59,774 nt of DNA, taken from positions 1-59,774 of the forward strand of contig NZ_JAQWSS010000011.1 of assembly GCF_029243085.1 (NCBI RefSeq), in the 5' to 3' direction. Shown piece after piece: positions 40,770-51,692 of this stretch; position 1 is the stretch's first letter, and each line of letters starts with the position of its first letter. The position numbers and the translations under genes are program-made. The DNA comes from Candidatus Thioglobus sp. Lineage in GTDB: Bacteria > Pseudomonadota > Gammaproteobacteria > PS1 > Pseudothioglobaceae. The notes under the pieces were generated by a model. That model was given only the letters and a program-made list of their open reading frames with translations. It was not told the DNA's origin and did not search any database.

Positions 40770-41307
40770 TCACCAAACGCACATAGGCATCAAATGATTT
40801 ATCAGAGCCTTTACTGCCCCCATAGAAAAATGGCACATCAATCGCAATATCACCGTTCACTTGATCTGAACTCCAATAAGACTTTAATTGTGTATTTTTA
40901 AAAAAATCTTGATTGATCAATAAATCCTCATCACCGTATACCAATAGTGTTCTTAACTCAGATTCAGTTGGTAGTCTCCATTTTTTTTGCTTACAAAGTT
41001 TACTATTTTTAATCGCATCAACATAAGCCTGGGTATTGCATGATTTAGACCAATGACAATTATGAGAATAATCCCCATTAGCCACACCACTGCGGCCATC
41101 AAACCAAGTGTATGTGTTTTTTGTATTTTGCAGGCCTATACTATCAAGTTTAACCTCCCAGAGTAAGTTAGTTTTATTATCAAGGACGCAACGATAATCA
41201 GAAGATGTACCACCTACCACAACACCTTCTTGTGATATTTTAAATAACTGCGCTGAAGCTGAACTCATCAATAAAAATAAAAAGAAAAATAAAATATTAT
41301 GCTTCAT
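40756..41307 (-). CDS. Exported DUF1566 (Lcl C-terminal) domain protein
   Basis: CV.D..T.L.WE, WRLPT..EL, YWSS, VRLV. Confidence 0.82.
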   Translation of the reverse strand: MKHNILFFFLFLLMSSASAQLFKISQEGVVVGGTSSDYRCVLDNKTNLLWEVKLDSIGLQNTKNTYTWFDGRSGVANGDYSHNCHWSKSCNTQAYVDAIKNSKLCKQKKWRLPTESELRTLLVYGDEDLLINQDFFKNTQLKSYWSSDQVNGDIAIDVPFFYGGSKGSDKSFDAYVRLVSDAN

Positions 41308-42286
41308 GGGTGATTAACTGGGTTATTCGTTTAGCACTTTCAGGTGCCATATTAATGCCATTACGAAAATGACCGGTATTTATAAACACGTTGTCAAATT
41401 CAGAATGTTTGCCAAGTATCACTTTCGCAGATGTACTTGCTGGTCTGAATCCTGACCAATGATGTTCAATTTTAGCTTGGGATAATGTCTCATAACGATT
41501 TAATGCAAAATCATGTAAAGATTGGCATGTTTCATCATCAATAGCGCGATCAAAACCAACATTTTGCATTGTAGAGCCAACCACAATGCGTCCGTCTTTT
41601 CTAGGAATTATATAACGACCCTTATCTAGCACGATATGCTTAACAACTCCTGGTTTAGATTTTAATAAAATCATTTGTCCTTTTATTGGAAACACCTTCT
41701 CTTTTAATGTTAACCACTGAGAGCTCCATGCACCTGAACAAACAACCACATAATCAGACAAATAATTCCTGTGCAAGGTTTTAACACCAATAACTGCACC
41801 ATCTTTTATTAACAACTCGTCGACCTTGGCTTGCTCAAAAATTTTCACACCTTTCTTAATAATATCCGCTTTTAAAGCTTTTAATAGTCGTGGATTACGC
41901 ACTTGGCCAATATTGGCAAATAACGCACCCGACTGATGAGCTTGGTAATCCAACCCATGAGATTTCATCCAGATTTTAGCTTCAGGCAAGTCGTATTCAT
42001 CCATCATTAATAAGCCCGATTTTAAAAATTGCGGATCGATACCGGTATCTTCAAAAAGCTGAGCACATAATTGCTCATACACTACTTGTGATGCAATGCT
42101 TAATTCGTTAGTAAGATTGTCATACTTCCAAGGATACAATGGTGAAATAATCCCTCCACCAGCCCAAGAGGACTCTTGTGCACATTGCTGCTGATCAAGT
42201 AACGTCACTTTAGCACCTGACAAAGCAAGAGATCTAGCAGTCATCATGCCTATCACGCCTCCGCCAACTACTAAGCAATCACTCAT
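41297..42286 (-). CDS. FAD-dependent glycine oxidase (ThiO/DAO family)
   Basis: GGGVIG, SWAGGG, P.KGQ, G.RP, GHFRNG. Confidence 0.85.
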   Translation of the reverse strand: MSDCLVVGGGVIGMMTARSLALSGAKVTLLDQQQCAQESSWAGGGIISPLYPWKYDNLTNELSIASQVVYEQLCAQLFEDTGIDPQFLKSGLLMMDEYDLPEAKIWMKSHGLDYQAHQSGALFANIGQVRNPRLLKALKADIIKKGVKIFEQAKVDELLIKDGAVIGVKTLHRNYLSDYVVVCSGAWSSQWLTLKEKVFPIKGQMILLKSKPGVVKHIVLDKGRYIIPRKDGRIVVGSTMQNVGFDRAIDDETCQSLHDFALNRYETLSQAKIEHHWSGFRPASTSAKVILGKHSEFDNVFINTGHFRNGINMAPESAKRITQLITHEA

Positions 42287-42759
42287 TATTTTGACCTCTT
42301 TCCATCTCTATAATCGACTAGAATTAATAAAATAACGCCAATTGTAATTGTTATATCGGCAACATTAAATATAGGCCAAGAGAAGTTCTGATAATGCAAA
42401 TCAATAAAGTCAATCACAAAACCAAGCAACGCTCGATCGATTAAATTACCAACAGCGCCAGATAGTATTAAGCTTAATGCAGTAAGCTTAAGCACCTGCT
42501 CTTTACTGGTCTTTATCATCCAGATAACAAGTGCTAGGCTGGCAATAGCTGAAATAGTAACCAATAAGTATTGCTGCCAACCGTCTTCACTAGCTAAAAA
42601 ACTAAAAGCAGCACCATAATTATGCACGTGAGTTAAACTTAAAAAATTGTTTATTTCAAGAGATTCGTTTGGCTTGAAGTATCCATATACTAATAATTTT
42701 GTCACTTGATCAGCAATGATCAATAGTAATACCAAAAGAAACCACTGCGCATGTCTCAT
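42286..42759 (-). CDS. lspA: Lipoprotein signal peptidase
   Basis: DQ.TK, N.GAAFS, GA.GN.IDR, FNVAD. Confidence 0.97.
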   Translation of the reverse strand: MRHAQWFLLVLLLIIADQVTKLLVYGYFKPNESLEINNFLSLTHVHNYGAAFSFLASEDGWQQYLLVTISAIASLALVIWMIKTSKEQVLKLTALSLILSGAVGNLIDRALLGFVIDFIDLHYQNFSWPIFNVADITITIGVILLILVDYRDGKRSK

Positions 42760-44222
42760 GGTTTGCTAGGATTATATTTAATAATGGTTACGATAGGCAC
42801 GACAAATCCAATAATAACAACAACCCAGAGTAAACTACCTAGTTCGCTATAATCCTGCGCTGTAGTGATAACGCCATCAGTAACTACTTCACGACTAACA
42901 ACAAACAATTGATTTAGGTATTTAGTAAACAATCCACCAGCACTCAAGGCGATATTCATCAAACTTGCCATTAGCGCAAACCAGGTTCCTTTTTTACCCT
43001 CAGGTGCGTAAATAGCGACCAATGTTAACATTAATACTTGTGCAATGTAATCAAATGGTGAGGCCATTGCAGTATCAACCAAGGCAACAGTACGCGCATC
43101 AAAACCTAACATGGTATGAATGTCATAGTACATAGCTACAATTGGCAGAGATAATAATGTACCTATAATAGTTAAGAAAATCAGCACTTCTGCAATATCG
43201 CGCTTGATAATAAATTTGGCTGAGAACCACATGCCAGCTAGAGCAATGCCACCGCCAATAGCCGATAATTTAGCAAAAAAAGATTCATCAAATCCCAAGA
43301 TATCAATTTGCCACCAGCTCAAACCTGCGCCAACCGATGGCATCGCTCGATAAACAAAGATAATAATCATTGCCATCTTAATATGGCGAATGGTATTTGC
43401 ATCCAATTCGTTAATTAAGTCTGATAATAAATATAAAACCACAGACAACGAGATAACAAAAACAATTTCTTGAGAATAAGGCACATCGTTATAACCCATA
43501 AACACAATGAAAACTGCAAATATCAAGCCGCCATATAAAATATGTTTATTAATTGGAGAAACTGGGACGGGATTAAGCCTTACCAACGTCACACCTAGAA
43601 TGGACAACAACGGTACAAATAATGCAATTTGGAAAATCACTTCGCGATTATCTTTAAAAACATCTGCCAACTCACCACCAATCCAACCAGTAATAAATAT
43701 AGCGAATCCTAATGATAGGCGTGCCAACACTTGAATGGTGGCCAACTCTTGATTAATTACTTCTTGTGGCTGACTCTTGTCAACCACTTCTGTAGTCATG
43801 GTGTCAGCCACCACATCTTGCATAACAAAACCAACTACCGCTATAACACTGGCAAAAATATAAACGGTTTTCTTGGAAAAATCTTCAACAATGGCGTGAT
43901 CACCTACCACTGCAATCATTAGCAATGAGCTAATAGTAATTAGCACTGCGCCAATATAAACATAAGATTTTCGATTAGAGCCAAAAATATTAATACTGTC
44001 AACCATTTGGCCGAAAATCATCTTTACTGTCCAAGGTACGCCAAGCCATACTGCTAGTTCTGCCAAATCAGCAGCCGTCAAATCAAGCGTCTCTTTAACC
44101 CAAAAATTTTCAGCAATAGCTGTAAACACACCACTACCATAAGCAAAATAAATTAGCAGAAGAGGAATGTAGCGCATTCTAAATGCGCGAATTGGGGTTA
44201 AGAAGATGTCTAACATTTTCAA
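42756..44222 (-). CDS. Folate-biopterin (BT1)-like MFS transporter
   Basis: Many TM segments; PWTVK..FG..VD and QDVVAD motifs. Confidence 0.7.
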   Translation of the reverse strand: MKMLDIFLTPIRAFRMRYIPLLLIYFAYGSGVFTAIAENFWVKETLDLTAADLAELAVWLGVPWTVKMIFGQMVDSINIFGSNRKSYVYIGAVLITISSLLMIAVVGDHAIVEDFSKKTVYIFASVIAVVGFVMQDVVADTMTTEVVDKSQPQEVINQELATIQVLARLSLGFAIFITGWIGGELADVFKDNREVIFQIALFVPLLSILGVTLVRLNPVPVSPINKHILYGGLIFAVFIVFMGYNDVPYSQEIVFVISLSVVLYLLSDLINELDANTIRHIKMAMIIIFVYRAMPSVGAGLSWWQIDILGFDESFFAKLSAIGGGIALAGMWFSAKFIIKRDIAEVLIFLTIIGTLLSLPIVAMYYDIHTMLGFDARTVALVDTAMASPFDYIAQVLMLTLVAIYAPEGKKGTWFALMASLMNIALSAGGLFTKYLNQLFVVSREVVTDGVITTAQDYSELGSLLWVVVIIGFVVPIVTIIKYNPSKP

Positions 44223-44306
44223 ACTACTAATTACAATAACAGTTGAATATTATAGGTGCTGTGTAGGTTATAATTTGTTTTTTATTAATGACATATTGGA
44301 GTTTCT

Positions 44307-45089
44307 ATGGGTTTCATGACTGGAAAGAAAGCATTGGTTGTTGGCGTTGCCTCTAACCGCTCAATTGCATGGGGAATTGCTGAAGCAATGGCAAAACAAG
44401 GGTGTGAAATTGCACTCACTTATCAGAATGAAAAATTAAAAAAACGTGTAGACAAATGTGCAGAAGTTTGCAACTCTGACATTGTTATTGAATGTGATGT
44501 AGCTACTGACGAAGGTATTGAAAAAACTTTTACAGAACTAAAAAAACATTGGGATAATTTTGACATTATTGTGCATTCAGTTGCTTTTGCTCCACGTGAA
44601 GCTTTGGATGGCAATTATGTTGAAGCCACAACACGTGAAAATTTTGCCACAGCTCACGATATCAGCTCATACAGTTTTACAGCGCTGGCCAAATACGCCT
44701 CTCCCATGTTAAATGATAATGGCGCTTTATTAACCGTTAGTTATCTAGGCGCTATTCGCGCCATTCCAAACTACAATGTTATGGGTGTTGCCAAGGCATC
44801 TCTTGAAGCTAATGTTCGCTATATGGCGGCAGCTATGGGTCCTGAGCGTGGTATTCGAGTTAATGCTGTTTCTGCTGGCCCAATTAAAACGTTGGCCGCT
44901 TCAGGTATTAAAGATTTTGGTAAGCTACTTGACTATGCAGCTGATTCATCGGCACTTAAACGTACTGTCACTACCGAAGAGGTTGGTAATGCAGCTGCAT
45001 TTTTGTGTTCAGACTTAGCCTCAGGTATTACTGGCGAGGTAACTTATATTGATTCTGGATATAGCTTCTACGATAAAGGCCCTGAATAA
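44307..45089 (+). CDS. fabI: Enoyl-ACP reductase
   Basis: [30 protein letters not shown]. Confidence 0.98.
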   Translation: MGFMTGKKALVVGVASNRSIAWGIAEAMAKQGCEIALTYQNEKLKKRVDKCAEVCNSDIVIECDVATDEGIEKTFTELKKHWDNFDIIVHSVAFAPREALDGNYVEATTRENFATAHDISSYSFTALAKYASPMLNDNGALLTVSYLGAIRAIPNYNVMGVAKASLEANVRYMAAAMGPERGIRVNAVSAGPIKTLAASGIKDFGKLLDYAADSSALKRTVTTEEVGNAAAFLCSDLASGITGEVTYIDSGYSFYDKGPE

Positions 45090-45100
45090 CCAATCAACAG

Positions 45101-45140
45101 TCATAAAAAAAGCCTTGATTAATCAAGGCTTTTTTTATGA
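45101..45140. terminator. Bidirectional terminator (perfect 40-bp palindrome)
   Basis: TCATAAAAAAAGCCTTGATT|AATCAAGGCTTTTTTTATGA. Confidence 0.88.
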
Positions 45141-45322
45141 ATCTTGGATTGTGTCTAGCTACTCTTTACAGCTTTGATTTAAAAGTTTCCAATCGCTCTT
45201 TATTTTAGATATTAATAAATATCTGAACTACTAAAAAAATCTAATCATCATAAGCCAACCCTAATACTAAATAATTATTTGAGTATAGCATGATAGATTA
45301 AAAAACCCTTATTTTTTGCATC

Positions 45323-47167
45323 TTATAAACTCTTGTTAAATACTTGAATATCCGCTTGTGATCGAAGCGTTTGCAAAATATTAACAAACACTTCGTTTGA
45401 TTCAAACTCTAGCAAAGCATTCTCAAGATCTGTAGTTGGTATTTGGTTTTCAGAGATTTTTATAGCTGATAAGTCAATAACTATAGCATTTCCCTTATTT
45501 AAACTTTGGGCACTATATACAGAACTACCACTTGGCTTAGTTAATGCAAATACTTTACTAATGATGCCTGCATCAGCCTTAGTTGAATCACGCTTAACCC
45601 AACCAATCTTGATCCATTCTAATGAATTTTTATCCATTAATTGTTTCACTGAATCAGTGTCGCCAGCTTTGGCATGTTTAACAATTTGAGCGGCGATTTT
45701 ATCAACAAAAGTTTTAGCAAGCAAACTGGTTAAATGTGTATTAATCTCACCCTTAACCTCTTCAAATGCTTTTTGACGTTGTGGCAATTGATCTTTTAAA
45801 TGAATAACCATGAAGCGATCCTCTCCGAGCTCCAATACCTCTGAATTTTCTTTTTTATTTAGGACAACATCGCTAAATGCTGCCAGCACAAGTTTGGCAT
45901 CAAGTTGTGTAGCTTGTCTATTGAAAAACTCAGTTGTTTGTAACTTTAACCCCATCTGATTAGCTAACTCTTCTAAATTCGCTTCATAGGCTAAGTTAGC
46001 CATCTGCTCAGTTAGCTTGTACAAATCTTTTTGTGCCTTAGATTGAGTATAAAGTTCAATTAATTCTGATTTAACACTATCAAATGACTTGACGGCACCA
46101 GATTTGATTACATTCAGTTTAATGATATGATAACCAAATTCAGATTTAACCAAGCCACTCAATTCACCTTCTTTCATGGAAAAAACGCTATCTTCAAAAG
46201 CACCAACCATAACGCCACGCGTAAATAAGCCTAAATCACCAGCAGAGTCTTTAGAACCAGGATCTTGAGAATACTCGGCAGCAAGCTTACCAAAATCACC
46301 GCCATTTTCTAGTAAGTCCAATACTTTTTTAGCAGTATCCTCATCCTCTAGTAAAATATGTTGTGCTTGACGCTCTTCATCAGAGGTAAAACGAGCCTGT
46401 TCATCTTCATAGAAATTAAACAATTCATCATCATTAACGCTAATATTTTTAGCAACTTCTGTTAATGAAAGCTCAACGAAGTCAATCTTAACTTGCTCAA
46501 GTGCAACAAACGATTCTTTCTGATTGTTATAAAAATTTTGAACGCTTTTTTCATCTACTTTAACCTTATCATTATAAGAATTAGCATCAAGTTGAATGTA
46601 ACTGAATTGGCGCTGTTGATCGTTAAGCTGCTGTAGTCTAGTTAATTCCGATGGCAACATAAAGGCAGAATCAAGTAAATTGTATTTGATTTGATTTTGA
46701 GTCAATTCTTTGGACTTTATTGATTCATATTTAGTCGGGGTATAACCATTCAATCGTAATAATTGTTTATACGTATCAATTGAAAAGCGTCCCTGATCAT
46801 GGAACAAATCATTTGTTTGAATGACTACGTTAAGCTCGGCGGTAGTCGTTGCATGAGACATACGCTGTGCTAACTGATCCAATAGACGTCTATCAATCAT
46901 CTGATTAATAATAGATTGCTTTAGAACAGTGTCAAATTCTGTATCGTACTGCTCTGCTAACTTTTGCTGAAGGCGTCTTTTTTGTGGATTAAATTCAGCT
47001 AAAAACTCTTCTTTTGAAATTTCATCGTCATCAATACTGGCCACAACAATATTAGAGGCGCCAGTAAAGTATTCGTTAATACCAAATAAAGCAAACGGAA
47101 TGGTGATTAAACCAACAATTAAATAGGCTAACCAGCCCTTGGTTTTATTTTTAATTGAACTAAGCAT
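45323..47167 (-). CDS. ppiD: Periplasmic chaperone/PPIase PpiD
   Basis: N-terminal anchor, SurA-N-like region, parvulin motif HIL..SQDPGS..GDLG..FGYHI; downstream of hupB. Confidence 0.9.
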   Translation of the reverse strand: MLSSIKNKTKGWLAYLIVGLITIPFALFGINEYFTGASNIVVASIDDDEISKEEFLAEFNPQKRRLQQKLAEQYDTEFDTVLKQSIINQMIDRRLLDQLAQRMSHATTTAELNVVIQTNDLFHDQGRFSIDTYKQLLRLNGYTPTKYESIKSKELTQNQIKYNLLDSAFMLPSELTRLQQLNDQQRQFSYIQLDANSYNDKVKVDEKSVQNFYNNQKESFVALEQVKIDFVELSLTEVAKNISVNDDELFNFYEDEQARFTSDEERQAQHILLEDEDTAKKVLDLLENGGDFGKLAAEYSQDPGSKDSAGDLGLFTRGVMVGAFEDSVFSMKEGELSGLVKSEFGYHIIKLNVIKSGAVKSFDSVKSELIELYTQSKAQKDLYKLTEQMANLAYEANLEELANQMGLKLQTTEFFNRQATQLDAKLVLAAFSDVVLNKKENSEVLELGEDRFMVIHLKDQLPQRQKAFEEVKGEINTHLTSLLAKTFVDKIAAQIVKHAKAGDTDSVKQLMDKNSLEWIKIGWVKRDSTKADAGIISKVFALTKPSGSSVYSAQSLNKGNAIVIDLSAIKISENQIPTTDLENALLEFESNEVFVNILQTLRSQADIQVFNKSL

Positions 47168-47316
47168 AGTAATTTAGGTGTTTGACTCTGAATAACAGAT
47201 GTCAAAATTTAAATAATGAAAAACAAAGATTATAAACGAAAATGTTTATAAGAAAAAAGGGTGTTTTTAGATATATTTAAATTTGAAAGAATTTGGTTGC
47301 CAATACTTGAAAGTAA

Positions 47317-47393
<77 letters not shown>

Positions 47394-47405
47394 GAAATGT
47401 TCTCT

Positions 47406-47481
47406 TGGTGGGCGATACAAGACTTGAACTTGTGACATTCGCCTTGTAAGGGCGACGCTCTACCAACTGAGCTAATCGCCC
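47406..47481 (-). tRNA. tRNA-Val(TAC)
   Basis: GGGCGATTAGCTCAG..TCGCC CTTACAA GGCGA..GTTCAAGTC..ACCA. Confidence 0.97.
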
Positions 47482-47540
47482 AAGAAAACATATGCCTAAT
47501 ACTTAATGATAAGCACGAGGCATATTATACTTAAAAAATC

Positions 47541-47816
47541 TTAAGAGTTAACAGATTCTTTAAGTAATTTTCCTGCTTTAAAAGCAGGAACTTTAGAAGC
47601 GGCGATTTGAATCGCATCGCCTGTTTGTGGATTACGTCCAGTGCGTGCTGCGCGATCTCTAACTAGGAAGCTACCAAAACCTGTAATTGCAACACTATCA
47701 CCAGCTGATAATGCTGAAGTAATTGCACCTGTTGTTGCATCTAATGCACGAGCTGCATCTGCTTTAGTTAAACCTGACGTCTCAGCAATTGCTGCTACTA
47801 AATCTGACTTATTCAT
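47541..47816 (-). CDS. hupB: DNA-binding protein HU
   Basis: [27 protein letters not shown]. Confidence 0.95.
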   Translation of the reverse strand: MNKSDLVAAIAETSGLTKADAARALDATTGAITSALSAGDSVAITGFGSFLVRDRAARTGRNPQTGDAIQIAASKVPAFKAGKLLKESVNS

Positions 47817-47947
47817 TACTTATTCTCCTGTTTCGTAATTTGTATTTATTATTAAAACTGAATTAAGCTTTAATATAATTTCTGTGATTGAATTATCCAT
47901 TAAAAGCTTGTCATGTCAACGTATTTTAAGAAAATATATAGAATACC

Positions 47948-48487
47948 TTACACATCATTCTTTTCTACTATTTTAAGTTGTTGAATTAACGGTAAAACTT
48001 GTGTTTTCCATATCTCAGGTGTGAGCTGCCCAATTCGTTTAAATCGTATAACACCATGCCTGTCTACAATAAATGTCTCTGGTGTAGCGTACACTCCAAG
48101 CTCTAATCCTAAGTTTCCTGATTGATCAAAAACAATCTTATCGTAAGGATTCCCAAACCGATCTAAAAACACCTGTCCTTCTGCGCGTGTATCTTTGTAA
48201 TTAACGCCAAGCATTTGCACTAAATCAGTTCTTGCAATCTGCATGAGTGTTTGATGTTCTGCTCGGCATGTAACACACCATGAAGCCCATACATTCACTA
48301 AAGTGGTTCTACCCTTTAGCTGTGATTGCATGGAATATTTTTCCAAGGTATTAAAATCCTCAACTTCTAGATTCGGAAATGTTTTTCCAATTAAAGGGGA
48401 GGGTAGTATTTTTGTATCACGACCGAGACCATCATACAAAAACCAAGCTAAGATGACAAATATAGCCAAAGGTAGAAATTTACCCAT
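47948..48487 (-). CDS. ccmG: Thiol:disulfide oxidoreductase CcmG/DsbE
   Basis: WASWCVTC, LGVY..PETF. Confidence 0.93.
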   Translation of the reverse strand: MGKFLPLAIFVILAWFLYDGLGRDTKILPSPLIGKTFPNLEVEDFNTLEKYSMQSQLKGRTTLVNVWASWCVTCRAEHQTLMQIARTDLVQMLGVNYKDTRAEGQVFLDRFGNPYDKIVFDQSGNLGLELGVYATPETFIVDRHGVIRFKRIGQLTPEIWKTQVLPLIQQLKIVEKNDV

Positions 48488-48489
48488 GG

Positions 48490-48906
48490 TTACTGCTCAG
48501 CCTTTTTAAGTGCATCTGCCACCTCTGGCGGCATATAGTTTTCATCATGCTTAGCTAACACTTCTGTCGCCATAAACGTGCCATTTACTAAAGATCCAGT
48601 GGTAATAATACCCTGACCTTCTCTAAATAAATCTGGCAAGATGCCAGTATATTCAATGGTAAATTCATTAGCCTTATCTGTCACTTTAAAGGTAACTTTC
48701 ATATCTTTACGCACCACACTACCTTTAGAAACTAAGCCACCTAAACGAAAACTTTTTCCAACTGGCGCCTTGCCTTCTGCCACTTCAGTTGGTGAATAAA
48801 AATAATTAGTATTGCTGCCTAATGCTTGAATTAACAAAGTAATCGCTAGTATTGCACCAGCTACTAATAAGGCTACTAGTGCCATTCTATTTTGTCGTTT
48901 GGTCAT
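48490..48906 (-). CDS. ccmE: Heme chaperone CcmE
   Basis: LPDLFREGQG, LAKHDENY. Confidence 0.97.
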   Translation of the reverse strand: MTKRQNRMALVALLVAGAILAITLLIQALGSNTNYFYSPTEVAEGKAPVGKSFRLGGLVSKGSVVRKDMKVTFKVTDKANEFTIEYTGILPDLFREGQGIITTGSLVNGTFMATEVLAKHDENYMPPEVADALKKAEQ

Positions 48907-48907
48907 G

Positions 48908-49069
48908 TTATAAATTCCTTAAATATTTAGCACGTAATTGTTTGACAGTATTACGATGGATGCTTTTAGTTCTTAAAAAAAGAATGGCGATCATAGTAAA
49001 AGTTAGTCCATATGAAAACCAAATATAGCTGGCATATTTATCAAAGGTCAATACGGTGATTATATCCAT
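48908..49069 (-). CDS. ccmD: Heme exporter protein CcmD (53 aa, absent from ORF track)
   Basis: Manual translation MDIITVLTFDKYASYIWFSYGLT...RAKYLRNL; Y..YIW.SYG motif; TAATG overlap with ccmC. Confidence 0.88.
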   Translation of the reverse strand: MDIITVLTFDKYASYIWFSYGLTFTMIAILFLRTKSIHRNTVKQLRAKYLRNL

Positions 49070-49809
49070 TATTTATTATTCTCCATAATCAAGTTTTTTA
49101 CCCAGGTTGAATTTTGCTCTCTAATCAATGTTTCGTCTCTCGCTCGCATTAAGACCAAAGCACCATACAAAAACTTAAAAGCAAAACTAATCAGCATCAA
49201 TGAAATAAACATATCTATTTGCATTGAAACTTTATTTACACCAACTGAAGAGCCTTGATGTAGACTATTCCACCACTCCACTGAATAATAAATAATAGGA
49301 ATATTAACCAAGCCCACAATCGCTAAAACGGCACTGGCTTTAGCTGCAGTTTTTGGATTATCAAAAGCATTATTAAGTGAAATGTAAGCTAAATATAAAA
49401 ACAACAAAATGAGTTCAGAAGTCAGACGTGCATCCCACACCCACCAAGTACCCCACATAGGTTTACCCCAAACAGCACCAGTCACTAGTGCTAAAAAAGT
49501 AAATACTGCGCCAATTGGCGCTGATACAGTAGCCACCACATTAGCGAGCTTAATCTGCCAAATCAGACCAATAGCGCCTGCAATCGCCATCACCACATAA
49601 ATCATTAAACTCATCCACGCTGCAGGCACATGTACATACATAATGCGTACACTATCGCCTTGTTGATAGTCTGCAGGTGAGACGATCAAAGCCCAATACA
49701 AGCCAAGCAAGGTTAAACCGATAAAAGGGTACATCAACCAAGGAATGATCTTTGCACTGGTTTGATAGAAAATTTTGGGTGAGGCAAATGCCTGGATCCA
49801 TTTCCACAT
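49069..49809 (-). CDS. ccmC: Heme exporter protein CcmC
   Basis: YVHVP, WGKPMWGTWWVWDARLTS, WWNSLHQ. Confidence 0.97.
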   Translation of the reverse strand: MWKWIQAFASPKIFYQTSAKIIPWLMYPFIGLTLLGLYWALIVSPADYQQGDSVRIMYVHVPAAWMSLMIYVVMAIAGAIGLIWQIKLANVVATVSAPIGAVFTFLALVTGAVWGKPMWGTWWVWDARLTSELILLFLYLAYISLNNAFDNPKTAAKASAVLAIVGLVNIPIIYYSVEWWNSLHQGSSVGVNKVSMQIDMFISLMLISFAFKFLYGALVLMRARDETLIREQNSTWVKNLIMENNK

Positions 49810-49837
49810 AATAATTTTATTTAAGAAAATTTTAAAA

Positions 49838-50497
49838 TTATTTTAAGGATTTTTGAGCGACATTGTTACGTAAATAAGTGGGGAGTGGTAAATTGTCATC
49901 TGGCCACTTATTTTTTTGCAAATGGTTTAAAGCTAAATCAATCAAATTTTCTGCTTTTGGATAGAATTCAGCATGATATTGCTTGATACTTGATGATTCG
50001 GATAACGCTTGAGTGTAAGCACCCCAACCCGTGCCAACCCCTAAATAATCAACAGTTAACTGTGGCACCTCGCCTGGCTTGCAAATCATTTCTTTGCTAA
50101 ACTCACCATTTTTATACACCGCCCAATACACCTCATTCATACGAGCATCCAGCGCAATAGCAACCTTATCAGATTGATATTTTTTACTCGCACCATATCC
50201 AACCACTTCAAGGGTTGAAAAGCCCAGTGTTGGAATATCAAAAGCTAGAGACATGCCCTGCACCACGCTGACACACATTCTAACACCTGTAAAAGCACCA
50301 GGCCCTTTGGTATAGGTAATCAGATCTAGATCTTCTACACGTAGTCCAGCCTCCTCTAATACTTCATCACACAACGGCAATACTAATCCAGAACTTTTAG
50401 CAACACCTTTCAAAAAACGAGATATTTTTTTTGACTGAGTATAAAGGCTAACTGAGCAAACCTCAGTGCAAGTATCAATGGCAAGAATATTTTTCAT
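49838..50497 (-). CDS. tsaB: t6A biosynthesis protein TsaB
   Basis: LAIDT, GPG.FTG.R, DARM.EVY, P.YLR. Confidence 0.95.
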   Translation of the reverse strand: MKNILAIDTCTEVCSVSLYTQSKKISRFLKGVAKSSGLVLPLCDEVLEEAGLRVEDLDLITYTKGPGAFTGVRMCVSVVQGMSLAFDIPTLGFSTLEVVGYGASKKYQSDKVAIALDARMNEVYWAVYKNGEFSKEMICKPGEVPQLTVDYLGVGTGWGAYTQALSESSSIKQYHAEFYPKAENLIDLALNHLQKNKWPDDNLPLPTYLRNNVAQKSLK

Positions 50498-50501
50498 CAG
50501 C

Positions 50502-51197
50502 TTATTTTACAATCTTTTCGTACTTGTGATACAGACGCAAGACTAATTGCCTACGTTCGGCTAATCGTTGCGGATGTTTTATTGGATGATAATAACTTGG
50601 CCCTTTAACTAAGGCTACTAAAGTCGCCATCTCCTCTAGAGATAAATTTTCAACTTTCTTATTAAAATAAAATTGTGCGCCATTAATAAACCCATGAATC
50701 GCATGTTTGCCATTTTGCCCCAAATACACAGTATTCATATAATAATTAAGAATAAATCCTTTGTCAAAAGAAGCCTCTAGTAATAGCGCCATAATTATTT
50801 CTTTAATTTTACGGCTAAGCTGGCGTTCGCGCGTTAACAAAGCGTTTTTAACTATTTGTTGAGTAAGTGTACTTGCCCCACGTAGTGGCTTATCATGCAG
50901 CAAATAATCTCTAACAACACGTGCAATTTCTTTAAAATCCACGCCGGGATGCTTAAAAAATGACTGGTCTTCTGTCAGTAATAACATATTAACAATAGTG
51001 ACAGGTTGTTGCTTGTAATCAAGAGTTTCAGGATTGTTTTTCTGGGAAAAATAATCAACAACTACAGAATTTAGATGAAATACATATAGGGGTGTCAACA
51101 AGATAATCAATACCAAAATATTTTTAAGTATATGACTGAAAGTCAATCTCTTCAACAAAGATAAGGCCATATTATTCATTAAGTTTATTTTAATCAT
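50502..51197 (-). CDS. Peptidoglycan transglycosylase (GT51) domain protein without transpeptidase domain
   Basis: EDQSFFKHPG, GASTLTQQ, RKIKE, Y.N.VYLG, KGPS. Confidence 0.85.
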   Translation of the reverse strand: MIKINLMNNMALSLLKRLTFSHILKNILVLIILLTPLYVFHLNSVVVDYFSQKNNPETLDYKQQPVTIVNMLLLTEDQSFFKHPGVDFKEIARVVRDYLLHDKPLRGASTLTQQIVKNALLTRERQLSRKIKEIIMALLLEASFDKGFILNYYMNTVYLGQNGKHAIHGFINGAQFYFNKKVENLSLEEMATLVALVKGPSYYHPIKHPQRLAERRQLVLRLYHKYEKIVK

Positions 51198-51285
51198 AAC
51201 TAACTTAATAAATATTCATAAATTAAATTAATAAAAAATTGCTATTAAAATTGAGAAAAAAATACAATTAGTATAAAATACGCAG

Positions 51286-51338
51286 TTCCCTTGCTTGATC
51301 ACATGGTGTGGCAAGCTATTTTAATAACCATAAGGAGA
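51286..51338 (+). promoter_or_regulatory. Putative S6:S18 autoregulatory leader
   Basis: CCTTG can pair with TAAGG of the RBS; inner GCTTG/CAAGC stem; CCA just before the RBS. Confidence 0.45.
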
Positions 51339-51347
51339 TAACAACTC

Positions 51348-51692
51348 ATGAGACATTATGAGATTACACTTATTGTACACCCTGATCAGTCGACTCAGGT
51401 AAGCACAATGATGGATAACTACAAAGAAATCATCACAACTGGTGGTGGTCAGATTCACCGTGAAGAGGATTGGGGTCGTAAGCACTTAGCATACCCAATT
51501 AAAAAGATTTATAAAGCTCACTACTTGTCAATGAACATTGAATGTGATCAAGATACACTTGATAAGCTTAATTATAATTTCCGTTTTAACGATGCAATTC
51601 TTAGAAACTTAATCATTTCTGAAGATAAAGCAATTACTGAGCCTTCAATCATGATGAGCGCCAAGGATGACGAGAAAAAGGAGAGAAGATAA
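51348..51692 (+). CDS. rpsF: 30S ribosomal protein S6
   Basis: MRHYE..HPDQ, WG...LAYPI. Confidence 0.98.
   Translation: MRHYEITLIVHPDQSTQVSTMMDNYKEIITTGGGQIHREEDWGRKHLAYPIKKIYKAHYLSMNIECDQDTLDKLNYNFRFNDAILRNLIISEDKAITEPSIMMSAKDDEKKERR

Noticed and set aside
45101-45322. 40-bp palindrome and AT-rich gap as a MITE or small gene
   Set aside because: Position and A/T tails fit a bidirectional terminator; no second copy or credible ORF seen
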